From assembly GCA_903813345.2 (NCBI GenBank), contig CAIIXF020000001.1, forward strand, positions 19,530,001-19,594,000: a DNA stretch of 64,000 nt. Direction: 5' to 3'. This document shows, piece by piece, positions 1 to 12,025 of this stretch (position 1 is the stretch's first letter; each line of letters begins with the position of its first letter). The stretch is from Owenia fusiformis (Eukaryota). Below the pieces are notes generated by a model. That model was not told the DNA's origin. It saw only the letters and a list, made by a program, of their open reading frames with translations, and did no database searches. Made by a program: the position numbers and the translations under genes.

Positions 1-1782
1 GTGTCAGTGTTGTACCATGATTTGAGAACAAATAAGTAAAGAATTGTTACTTGGAATGTAATCTAGGTATAACTGCAGAAGTGATCCCTGTATCTCCATT
101 AAAAATATTCCTCAAAATATATGCACCATTAAAAGGGTTTTGTCACCAGATCCCCTTTTTAGTTTTAAATGCTGTCCCATTTCCAAATGTATGGAGGGGA
201 GTGTAGTTGCTAATTAGATTTGGGACTAACAATAAAAAATATAATACATAAAATATTCAGTACTTAGAAACAGTCATTGTGGATATGACACAAGTAAACA
301 AAAATAATGCAATGGCATGCTATAGTAATATGAAAACAAACAATGCAGACTTAGATCAGCATTGTCAACATATGAATAAGAACTTTTCTTTAGGATAAAT
401 AGAAATATGGCTTCTGGTTGAACTATTGGTACTTTTCAAGCTCCAAAAATGAAAAATTGCTATCCAGCAAAAGTATGATGAACTTAAATGTACCTGATAT
501 TTATCACATAAGTATGTTTATTAGTAGTTTAATAGAGTAAATATATGTACATTTATATGGGTTTCTCTAAATATTACAATACAATGAATTAATTTTACAC
601 ATTTTAGTTACTTGAACTGTGCAACTGACTTTTGTAACTACACATCTATTCTTAAGAAATAAAAAAAACTGTTCATCTGAGGAACTTCTAACCACTTTGG
701 TGTATCATTGTTAATCATTTAGGCCTCCTTTAAAAATTTAGAAATTACAGGATCACCTCTGTACATGTGTATGGTTTGCATATGTCAGTGCATTATATTG
801 ACATCTATGTAATCTCACATTAGATATTGACATATTTATCCTTGTTTTTTGTTATAAGCCATGCATGTTTTTCCAAGGTTGTCAAGGACACAAAAATCGA
901 TACACCGCAGTGCTAACTGTCCATATAACAATTGATATTTCGCAACTTACTTATCGCATGCTAAGTGAGTTGCGAAATCTCTCTATAAATAACAACTGTG
1001 AGTGAGTGATCCTCATTTGAACATTTTTGACCCTCTGACATATTTTTAAGTTTAATTTAATTAATCTGATAAAAGTAAAGTTAAACCTTTAAAATACATT
1101 TGTAAGTGGAACACCTTTGTAAGTGGAACATCTCTACAAACGGAGCATTTTCCAAAGAACCTTTACCATCTTCTTAATGTAAACTTGACTTCTGTAAGCT
1201 GAGAACTTTCCAAATTTATGATATTAAGACGTACTGAGTGTTCCACTTAAACAGGTTTGAATGTATTTAGTAATTTAAATAAACATAGTGAGATGACTGG
1301 TTTTCTAAGTCTTAGCTCATATTTAGAAGATGTAATAGTAATATAATTTTATTTAATGATCACATCTAAATTCTACAATATAAAGAACAATCAAAATTGA
1401 TTATGTAAAATTAAAATGTACATTTGCCTCGGGACAGCCATGAAAGATAAGAAAAATAGTCTTTCAATGCAATATTACGGATTTTTGCAGCATAAAGACC
1501 AATGCATTTTAATGTCTATGTAATGCTATGTTATATATCGAAATTGAGAAAATACTCTTGAATTGTTTTTCTACTGAATGCATATATATTATATATGGTA
1601 CATACATGACATTATAAAACAAATAGTGATTGTCACATTTTTGAAAAATAATATAGATAATTTCTTTTGGCTACAGGCAATGGGACAATGTAGGTATCGA
1701 GTAAATTCCCCAACCGTAGTCAGTGTTTGTCAAATTGTAATTCATTGTTCACGTTACTGTATATTCATCTCATCTCAGTTTT

Positions 1783-4700
1783 TTAATAATTGATATATAT
1801 ATCACACAATATTGATTTGGCAACAATTGCTACATAACCTTTTTTACAAACATTTGCTTCACAGCTACAGCTCCACTTACAACCTGTTACCAAACCATTA
1901 TATGTCTCTACAACTTTAGAGTCCAAGAAATCGCAAATTTTGAAGGATCCAGTGAAATCCTCCGAAGAACCCGTTGTTTCTTGGTACACAATTATGGTTT
2001 TATTAGATACGCAACTAGATAAACCTTGAGTGTAGAGAACGATGTTGTATTCTGAGTAATCAACACCAGAAATGTCTTCATCAAATTTCAGGCTTGTTCC
2101 AATGTTGATATTGATGCATGTGTTGAGATTGCCGTCTGTTATTTTGTCTTTCTTCATACTGATTAGACTCCCTTCACCATGCTTTATGTTGAATGTTATA
2201 GGTGTCACTGGAGAACATTGATTATATGACAACTGTTACCATAGTAAGTCTAACTTAGATTAATGCTATGCTGATCGTCATGGAATTGTTACAGAGTGAA
2301 TTGTATGCCCTTTATGTTTTGAATCAATAAGATTTTTGAATAAAAAATTGAATGAAGTGGCCTACCTTGTTGACTGTATGCCATGATAGGCATCAGTCTA
2401 CAACAGCTTTTGGGTCCAGTTACGGCTGCCCCCACTGGTAAATCATAGTCAAATTTCCCTAATGCTGTAAACTGACTATATGTCTTCTCATGTAAACCAG
2501 ATGTACCAGAACGTCCCTTATATATTAAGGCTAAATTTTTTTCGTTTGATGTATGCGCTCCTATTACATCTCCAGGTTGAAACATGACTGTTTGTCCAAA
2601 GGGAACTACATAGGACTGGAGCCCTAAACACACAACAATATCACTGTTCCACAACTAGTTACTGCGACAGAATGTCAATGTAACAAAATGGATGAACTTC
2701 CTGGATACAAATTTTTTGTTTTCTCGATTTAAACTTACGTTCCATCAAAGTAACTTGTTGTGGAACAATGAACATATAAATATTATGAATTGTAAAAAAC
2801 ATTGTAAAATTGTTTATAAAGAGAGCTAGTAGATTTTTATTATTTTCTAGTATCTACATGTACAACTGTTTTTGATGTTTTGAGTATATTGTCTATCAAT
2901 TTAAAATTTATTCTTCAACATGTATTGTAATGACTTCAGTATGAATGAAATGTCCCTTGGTGTTGTGGTCTCAGATTGTGATAATGGTACTTGAATGGTG
3001 GGGCAGGGGTATTAGACACTGTCTTTTCACATTGGATTATGATTTGGGATAGTAGGGATTTATTATACTTATGACTGGTATACACTAAGATGTTTTTGTT
3101 TTTTTTCTTACTGTGTACAGTGACCATATTTGGTATTTTCCCGTTGGCACTTGCGCTTATATATTTCCATCTCATTAATTTCCAAAACAGAAATGTACAC
3201 TCACCTGTTCCCGGGGGAGTTATCTCATTTTTGCCAATAAGCTTGAAGCCACCATCAACCAATGGTCTCCAGATGTCTGCCCAGAACTTGTAAGTATTTT
3301 CAGCAAAATATTCCCAGACAAGAACTTCTCCATGTGCTTGAAAAGTCAGGTCTGCCAAGATGTTAAGCTTTCCCAATAATGGTGGTGTTCCATAATCTTG
3401 AACTGGGCCCCCTATTGAATGAATGGGATCGCCCCAAGGCACTGCAATTTAAACAATTTATCCGACTATAATTATTATATGTATAATGGCCAGTAATATA
3501 CGGGGTGAGCACAAAACATGGGGCACCTAATATCTCCATAACCCTATTACCTCTACTTCTAAAAATTTGGACATGTGAAACTAGTGAAATTTCAGTTTTA
3601 TCCTTTAAGATTTCCGATAATACACTTGAAAAATTGATCAATTGGTCCTCCATCTTCTCTGATTATGGTGCACAAATGTTTTTTTTTCAGGAATTGATTG
3701 AGTTACAAAACTTAATAAGTATATTGTTCAATTTTCAAGGTAATAGCTTGATACGGAGGTTTAATTAAAGCAAATAACCCTTTGCCACCAGAAGTTGAAT
3801 TAATAAGGCATTTGGTGAAGGCATTGGTCATTGTACGGTACATAATATATTACCCTAAATAATTTTGTAAATCAGCAATTCAATTGTACTCATGGAAGAA
3901 CTCAACATCACATATTTTCTTGTGATGCAACTCATTTATAAAAGTAATGTGTCAAAATTATCTAATATTCTCGATATCATTTTCATTTTTCACTTGAATG
4001 ATGTTTATTAATTTTGTTGGTTATCTAGCAATAACCACTTTTATTACTTTTGTAATAAATTTTTAATTTGTCACTTTTTCTGTTAAGAGTTGCAAAAAAT
4101 ATTAGAAATTTCACCTTGGTAGAAGCTAGCAGCATTCTTGAAACCATCCGTGCCATCATCACCAGCTATCTTAAGTTCTTGTGCATCAGTACTGGTATAA
4201 TGCATAATACGTTTGTCACTGTGCGTTGATTGAAAAACAAAAGTCCTTGGAAAATATTCATCCTTCAGCATTAACCAAGTCGAACCTCCTTCAAAACTTG
4301 AGTCACTTCCAGAACTTTGGATGTACAGCTTTCCACTGTTGCGACGCAGGAAATATCCGGGTTTAGCATTGTATTGGATAGAAACTGTATTGGGTTGAAG
4401 AGTAAGGCCTGGTGACTGAACTGTCCACAGTCCAGAATCATCATTTGTTTTCTTTTTCACGAGCCTTACTTCATTATTTTCATCAACATTCAGTAACCAG
4501 CCTGGTAGGTTTCTTGGATGAAGTTCTACTTTTGTATCTATTGCATAATTAAAAGGGTTTTGGTTAAAGATGAATATATAATATGGCTATTTACAGATAA
4601 CAACTTCAAAAATAGAGACAATTACAATGCTAGTAGTTAACACTTATTTCTAAGACTGAGAGCCATTCATTTTCCAATATGGTAGCTACCTTAAACATAA

Positions 4701-7700
4701 TATTTATCTCACTTTATGCCTCGGGTGCATAATTTCTAAAAAATGGTAAAAATTGATTTATAGGGATTTTACAGTTTTAAAATGATTTGACAAAAGAATC
4801 AAATAGAATTGAGAGCAATTTTTTGTAGAAATAAAGTATTGTCAAAAAGGAAAATGATGTCATTGTTGAGTGCCTTCTTCATTTTCCCTACCTGAACCTC
4901 TTGTGCAAGTCATTTTACATCTAAGCAATTATCCCAGTGAGAATCAGATCTATATTGGGGGGGGGGGGGGTGGTTGACAAAATTGAATGAAACATGTACA
5001 GTTCACCTACCAATATATTCTTTGCGATTTCAAATATAATATCTCCCTAAAGATATTATACCATCTAGATCTGATACTACCTACTATAAAGATCAGATAT
5101 GTTATCATTATGTGTGTTATTATCCCACCGAAGTTCGAGGGGGATATAGAGAAGCCGTCCATCCGTCCTTCCGTCCGTCCGTCCATGTGTCCAGGCGATA
5201 ACTCCAATGACAGATTTGGTTAAAATTTTATAGGCTTATGCCTTATGAATGTAGGACCTCTGCTCGAGAAGGAATTTTCAATATGGCCGCTCAATTCAAA
5301 ATGACCGCCATTTTTCGTAAAAAATGTAATCATTGATAACTCAAATACAAGTTGAGGGATTTGGTTCAAATTTTATATGGTGATACCTAGGGACAAAGGA
5401 GTTTCGCACAAAAAGAGATTTTCAAGATGGCTGCTTAATTTCGAAATGGCGGCCATTTTTCGTAAAAATATGTAATCTTTGATAACTCAAATACCAGTGA
5501 ACAGTTTTGGTTCAAATTTTATATGATGATGCTTAGGGACACAGTAGCTATGTGCGACAAAAATTTTTCAAGATGGCCACTTAATTTCAAAATGGCGGCA
5601 ATTTTTTGAAAAAAACGTAATCTTTGATAACTCAAATACCAGTGAACAGATTTGGTTGAAATTTTATTTGATTATGCCTAGGGACACAGTAGCTCTGTTC
5701 AAGAAATAATTTTCAAGATGGCGGCTGAATTTCAAGATGGCGGCCAATTTTCGTAAAAAACGTAATCTTTGATAACTCATATACCAGTGAACGGATTTGG
5801 TTCAGATTTTATATGATGATGCTTCTATCACAAAGTGCACAAACATTTCAACATTTCAACTAGCTATATTAAGCATAATATGTTTTGTTCGGTGGGATTT
5901 GCTACTCCGTGGAGTTGCTGTTTTTCTAGTTACCTGTTGATTTGGCATATGTGAAGAACTCGGATATTAAGGTGGCTAACATCCACACCTGAAACACAAA
6001 AATATACAATGTATATCTTGGCTGCAAATCTTGATTGAAATTATAGGGTTAGAATTTTTTGCATGCAGTAGAGCTTTTCAAACTGAAACCTATCCAAGGT
6101 TGCACTACAAAAAGGATAACCTTTAAAGTCCCCATGTATAGTTTAGAAATATGTTTTTTTCCCATCGAACGAAGTTCGGAGGGATATAGGGAATGTCTCT
6201 GTCCGTCCGTCTGTCTGTCCGTCCGGGCAATAACTCAAATACCATTGGCCCGATTTTGTTCATATTTCGTACACTATACCCTATGGGGTAAGAAGTTCTG
6301 CTCGAAAGCAGATTATTAAAATGGCCACCCTTTTAACATTTTTATCACACCATCGGTGGGATATAGTCGTCATGCTGGTCGTGATTGTGGTCGTGATCGT
6401 GGTCGTGATCGTGATCGTCCCGCTTTTTGTCATCGCCGTTTAAGGAAAACTGCTCATCAGATTTTCTCCAAATTCGCAGAGATGATAGAGCATATGAAGT
6501 ACTAGAGCTGATTAACTTTTGGGTGGCCATCTTGTTTCCTGGCGGCCATTTTGAAGGTTTTTCGAAAAATCTTGTCATCGCCATTTCAGGAAAACCGCTC
6601 ATTGGATTTCCTTCAAATTTACACAAATGATAGAGGATATCAAGTACTAGAGCTGATTAACTTTTGGGCGGCCATCTTGTTTTCTGGCAGCCATTTTGAA
6701 GATTTTTCGAAAAATCTTGTCATCGCCATTTCAGAAAATCCGCTCATCGGATTTCCTTCAAATTTACACACATGATAGAGGATATCAAGTTCTAGAGCTG
6801 ATTAACTTTTGGGCGGCCATCTTGTTTTCTGGTGGCCATTTTGAAGGTTTTTCGAAAAATCTTGTCATCGCCATTTCAGGAAAACCGCTCATCGGATTTC
6901 CTTCAAATTTACACAAATGATAGAGGATATCAAGTACTAGAGCTGATTAACTTTTGGGCGGCCATCTTGTTTTCTGGTGGCCATTTTGAAGGTTTTTTGA
7001 AAAATCTTGTCATCGCCGTTTCAGGAAAACCGCTCATCGGATTTCCTTCAAATTTACACACATGATAGAGGATATCAAGTACTAGAGCTGATCAACTTTT
7101 GGGCGGCCATCTTGTTTTCTGGCAGCCATTTTGAAGATTTTTCGAAAAATCTTGTCATCGCCATTTCAGAAAATCCGCTCATCGGATTTCCTTCAAATTT
7201 ACACACATGATAGAGGATATCAAGTTCTAGAGCTGATTAACTTTTGGGCGGCCATCTTGTTTTCTGGTGGCCATTTTGAAGGTTTTTCGAAAAATCTTGT
7301 CATCGCCATTTCAGGAAAACCGCTCATCGGATTTCCTTCAAATTTACACAAATGATAGAGGATATCAAGTACTAGAGCTGATTAACTTTTGGGCGGCCAT
7401 CTTGTTTTCTGGTGGCCATTTTGAAGGTTTTTTGAAAAATCTTGTCATCGCCGTTTCAGGAAAACCGCTCATCGGATTTCCTTCAAATTTACACACATGA
7501 TAGAGGATATCAAGTACTAGAGCTGATTAACTTTGTGGCAGCCATCTTGTTTTCTGGTGGCCATTTGAAGTTTTTTCGAAAAAATCTTGTCCTCGCCAAT
7601 TTAGGAAAACCGCTCATCGGATTTCCTTCAAATTCGCACAGATGATAGAGGATATCAAGTACTAAAGCTGATTATCTTTTGGGTGGCCATCTTGTTTTCT

Positions 7701-9796
7701 GGTGGCCATTTTTAAGGTTTTTCGAAAAATCTTGTCATTTCCATTTCAGGAAAACTGCTCATCGGATTTCTTGTACATGATAGGGGATATCAAGTTCTAG
7801 AACATATTAAATTTTGGGTGGCCATTTTGTTTTCTTGTGGCCATTTTGAAGGTTTTTCGATAAATCTTCTCATCGCCATTTCAAGAAAACCCCTCATCAG
7901 ATTTGCTCCAAATTCCCACACATGATAGAGGATATCAAGAACTAGAGCTGATTAACTTTTGGGTGGCCATCTTGTTTTCTGGTGGCCATTTTGAAGTTTT
8001 TTTTGATAAATCTTGTCATCACCATTTTATAAAAAAACGCTTATTGGATTTCCTTCAAATTCGCACACATGATAGGGGATATCAAGTTCTACACCTATTT
8101 GATGGTGTGATCTCGTTCACGTCCTGTGCCTTGTTTTACTATAACTCGAAAAGTAGCGGAGCGATTTTGTTCATATTTGGTATGTGAATACTGTAAGCAT
8201 GGCACACTGTCTAATGACACTTTTGGTAGAAGGTGGCCATTTTGAAAAATGGCTGCCATTTTTGCTATATACTTTGTTTGTAAAAATGCTAGTCATGGCT
8301 ATTCGATGGGATTTGCTACGCTTTGGCGTTGCTGTTGTCTAGTTATGATTTTAAAAGTTATTTTAGGGATTTTTTGAAAAAAAGTTGTCAGCTTTTGATT
8401 TCTCAAATATTCAAATTTTCTACCATTTTTCAAATAAGAGTTTAAATTTTTTAATCATCAATAATTCCACTATACAGTGCAAAAAGCATTATCTTTTTAA
8501 CACCAATGCAAAGCTTGAACAAAGGACACACTATTTCAATGATAAGATGGCATATCCAATGTACCACTTCAATGTTCTAGCATATCAAAAATATTTTGCA
8601 ACCTAAGTAACCTCATCGTGACATCACTCAAGAGTTTCTATAATTTAGATAAAATTTGGATAGAGTGGCATTGAAAGTCTAATTTGGAAGATATCAAATG
8701 TTAATGACCAAGATTTGGCTGAAAACAATGGATAACATGAGTTTCCACTATGGTTGAATAACACGGGATGTGTATTTTTCAACTTCATTGCAACTTTCTC
8801 CTTTTCAGAAGTTACCTACATTGTGCTGACAGGAAGAGACTTTTTTTTGTTATATGTTAAAATGAGAAAAGAAGGTCCTCTTATCAGTCTGACACGTTGA
8901 AAATTTTTCAAGATGGGGTCTTAAACAATTGTTATCACAGAGATTGCTTGATATTTTTAATATCCTAATAACATTGCTTCAAAAAAATTCTGAGTAGACT
9001 TTTTTGATCAAGGTTTGATAAAAGTTAAAAATTCATTTATAGAACATGGCACCAAATTAAGCTATAGACAGCCCTATTTGACTTGAACATGTCCATGCTG
9101 AAATGGTTTGGAATCATATTTGTACCTCAAAATCATTAAACTCTATTATCAGACATTGTTGCACAACCAACATCAAAAGGGAAACTTAATGTGAAATAGG
9201 AATTGAAAGAAGACAGATGAAAATAACCATTTTAACATATTCTTAATACAATACAGGTCTTTCCAACTTAAACTCATAATTTACATTTTATATGGAAACA
9301 ATGTTCTATTTGAATGTAATATAATACTATCTCCAATGTGCAAGCTCTGTCACACTTGAGACGATTTGCCATTTATTTTCCTTTATTGATATAAAAATCA
9401 ATTTTAGAAGTGTAATAGAAAATATTATGAAATACTTAAATAAAGGTTAAAAATGGAGCAATTATGATTTAAGTTATTAGTAAACTAGTTTGTGTTTACT
9501 CAAAAATTAAAATAGGAGCCAACGAACAATGCACAAAAGGTGAAATCCATTTAAAAAACTGTGAAAATGATAAAAACAAAATCAATAGAACTGATGAGGA
9601 AGGATATGTTTGCAGTGAGTGAATATGCAATAATGTGCAGATTGTAACAAAAGTCACTGAATGAATTTACATTGTATAGAGAAAAATAGCTAATACCAAG
9701 TTATATGAAAATACATGTACACATGCTAGATTTTGATAACAAAATTTTAAAATAAGATACAAGGAAAATTATACTTACTAATTTAAGTTGCTTCAT
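1783..9796 (-). CDS. Secreted multidomain protein (~471 aa): signal peptide + AbfB-like beta-trefoil + uncharacterised beta-rich domain + Cys-rich C-terminal domain
   Basis: Exons complement(9779..9796, 5934..5988, 4115..4537, 3205..3441, 2366..2623, 1783..2207), all GT-AG and phase-consistent (0,1,1,1,1), total 1416 nt. N-terminus MKQLKLVWMLATLISEFFTYAKS looks like a signal peptide. Exon 3 (WTVQSPGL..VSIQ..PGYFLRR..F...STW..FK.AASF) resembles AbfB/otogelin-type trefoils. C-terminus CKWSCSC...CKKGYVAI..ILCDI. Confidence 0.78.
5121..5925 (+). mobile_element. Non-autonomous Helentron-type (HINE/DINE-like) element with internal ~145-bp tandem repeats
   Basis: Subterminal inverted repeat ATCCCACCGAA (5122) / TTCGGTGGGAT (5888), (GTCC)n microsatellite near the 5' end, 3' hairpin GCTACTCCGTGGAGTTGC. 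GATAACTC recurs at 5335, 5481, 5626 and 5771. Confidence 0.8.
6161..8340 (+). mobile_element. Helentron-type element (same family as 39486-40420), split by an insertion
   Basis: CCCATCGAA (6161) / TTCGATGGG (8302) subterminal IR, GTCC/GTCT microsatellite, 3' hairpin GCTACGCTTTGGCGTTGC. The two halves join at TTTTAACAT..TTTTACTATAACTCG as in the uninterrupted copy. Confidence 0.8.
6344..8135 (+). mobile_element. Helentron-type element carrying a ~11.5-copy 145-bp satellite array
   Basis: ATCACACCATC (6344) / GATGGTGTGAT (8101) IR, (TCGTGA/TCGTGG)n microsatellite, 145-bp period also evident from ORF-track offsets (6551, 6696, ...). Confidence 0.85.
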
Positions 9797-11107
9797 CTTC
9801 CGTCTTGCATGCCTGAGCATGAAGAAATGTTTATGGAATGAGGAACTTAGTTGCTAGATATAAACGCATTACTTTTACACATCATTACCAAAACAATTCA
9901 TTAAAACCAGACAACTGTCACTAAGGTATATACACAGTTCTCAATTGCTGAAATAAACATTACAAATTATTTAGGAATGAACAATGGAGTTACGCCCAAA
10001 GTATTGACATTTTTATATAAATATGTAATGTAGCTCTTTGATGAAAGAGACATATGTACAAAAATAGATCAACAAAAAGTGTCAATTATGTATTCTTATT
10101 GTCATGACATGCTACTCCTCTCCCTCCATGTAAATATCAATAATCGTCTCAAAATGAATATGTATTTTGTAACTATTATATATGTTGAATAAATACTTTT
10201 TAAAAAAACAATCTTCAATGTTATATCACCTTGGAAACCTAATATTTAAAAATTCATTGATGATGTAAAGGAGTATTGCCTCCTCAACATCACAAAAAAT
10301 GAAAAGTTCCTTCCTTTTTTATCAATGAACATTGTGTGCCACCTTTTGTTCTGCAACAATTTTCCTTTCTTATTGTTGCTTTTTTGGCATTTTTTTGTCA
10401 TACAACTATCTTTATGTCCATGATTTTGCCAAAAAACACTAATCCAAAATGTTCATGCGATGCACCTCATCATGCCACATTGAACTTTCAAATTGAATGT
10501 CCATTGCTTGTCAATAATCATGATTTGGTCTTACAGAACTAAATTATTTTCACAATTCCACAACTTGAAAACAGAATAAGTGGATTTGAGAATATAAGGG
10601 CAGCACTAATTTACAACCTTAATAGAAATTATATTATTATGAGCATGAAAAATATAACAACAATACAATATTATTTTTTTTCGCTGAGCTAGTTATCTAT
10701 TAACAGATTAAACCTTGTACAAGTAGCTTTTTTATCTTGTATGGGTTGGTTATTCAGTTTTTAGGTCATTTGTTTTCATCAATAAAAATGAGTCACAGCA
10801 TCTTATTTTTTATTTGACTTCAAATACATGTAACCTGAGGTCTGATGTTTTGTTAGTATTTTTTCTTTTTTTTCATTTATATTCTTTAATGAATTCTTAT
10901 TTTCTATAGGGAAGGACCATATATTGTTACGGAACACCTCAAGAAAATGAAAACATCTATGAAATAGCTAGTTGCTGTTTCTTTTTGCATCTGTGGCATT
11001 AGTTCAGGCATTGTTAGCAATGGCTGTCATGATTCCTTATAGAACATGAGGTGTCACATATAAGCTATGGCTTCCATGGCAATTCTCTTCTGAATTAGAT
11101 ATGGTTG

Positions 11108-11294
11108 CAGTGTTCCCACAGTATTTTTTCTCAAGTGGGTTGAACATTCCCATCTTCAAAATTCAGACCTATGCCAATTTTACATGATTTTTTTTTCAAG
11201 TGGGTGCAAATAGATTTTCAAGTTGGTGCAAGCCTGTTTTCAAAATCTCAGGTGGGTGCTGTGCCCACTTGATTTAATGCAGGGGAGATCACTG
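11108..11294. mobile_element. MITE with CAGTG termini and 5-bp target-site duplication
   Basis: GGTTG-CAGTGTTCCC ... GGGAGATCACTG-GGTTG. Confidence 0.7.
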
Positions 11295-12025
11295 GGTTGA
11301 GTCAGTTAATTTTATTTGTTAAATTATAAAGGTTAAAGTTGCTTTTTAATTTTTAATTTTGTTTATTTGTGACCACTGGGTATTGTTATTTACCTTCATA
11401 AATACTCAGTGAAAAATAACGAAATCCAAAATGGATTGATCATTAATATTTTATCACTATGTTCGTTGAAACCACTTGTGAAATGCAATGATAAGATATG
11501 TTATACTGCTAGTATGATATCTCTGTAAAAACAACTCTAGTATGTTGTAATGTAAAAAGTTAATGTTTGAGTGACCTGATGATAAGAAGTATCAGCTCTT
11601 AAAGGCTTCATGAAGAAATTGATCTATCGGCATATAATTGAAATTAGTTTGTATATAGCATTTTAGAAATATTCTAGAATTAAACCAGTTTAACCATTTG
11701 TTTTGTATTAAGATATTTCTACAATCTATTTGTCAACATATAATTTAATTGTCATTATTAATTTTTTTAGAAACTGTGAATTAGGATAATGAAATCAATA
11801 TTTATTAGTATGGATAAGTGGGTGGAGCTAAAAATTAAGCTTTAAAATCTAATCAAAATTCAAACTTTGGACTGCATTAATTTATGCACAGCGCTTACTA
11901 ATTTAGGACAAAAATAAGTCGTTACTGAATAAAGCAATTATCACTATAGAGGAATATAAAATATAATCAAAAACATATATTTTTGGAATGAGCTGAAAAA
12001 CACCATCTTATAAAACAGTCATAGG

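Larger units (their letters stand above)
6123..8924 (+). mobile_element. Non-autonomous TTAA-flanked DNA transposon (Kolobok-like), interrupted by nested insertions
   Basis: Starts TTAA-AGTCCCCATG and ends ATGGGGTC-TTAA. The segments 6123-6160 plus 8345-8630 align with the reverse complement of 51870-52219. Confidence 0.6.

Noticed and set aside
51-225. Possible minus-strand exon (PNLISNYTPLHTFGNGTAFKTKKGIW*QNPFNGAYILRN...) with an in-frame TGA at 143-145
   Set aside because: No recognisable homology, partner exons or SECIS; it could be chance or a pseudo-exon and cannot be supported.
4958-4970. Poly-G run (and poly-C near 24797)
   Set aside because: Simple homopolymers with no supportable function.
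6425-8100. CRISPR-like array
   Set aside because: Contiguous monomers without unique spacers, eukaryotic context, no cas genes; the same applies to 56799-58535.
6345-8187. Series of 67-94-aa ORFs, including a His/Asp-rich one
   Set aside because: Translations of the 145-bp satellite and its microsatellite.
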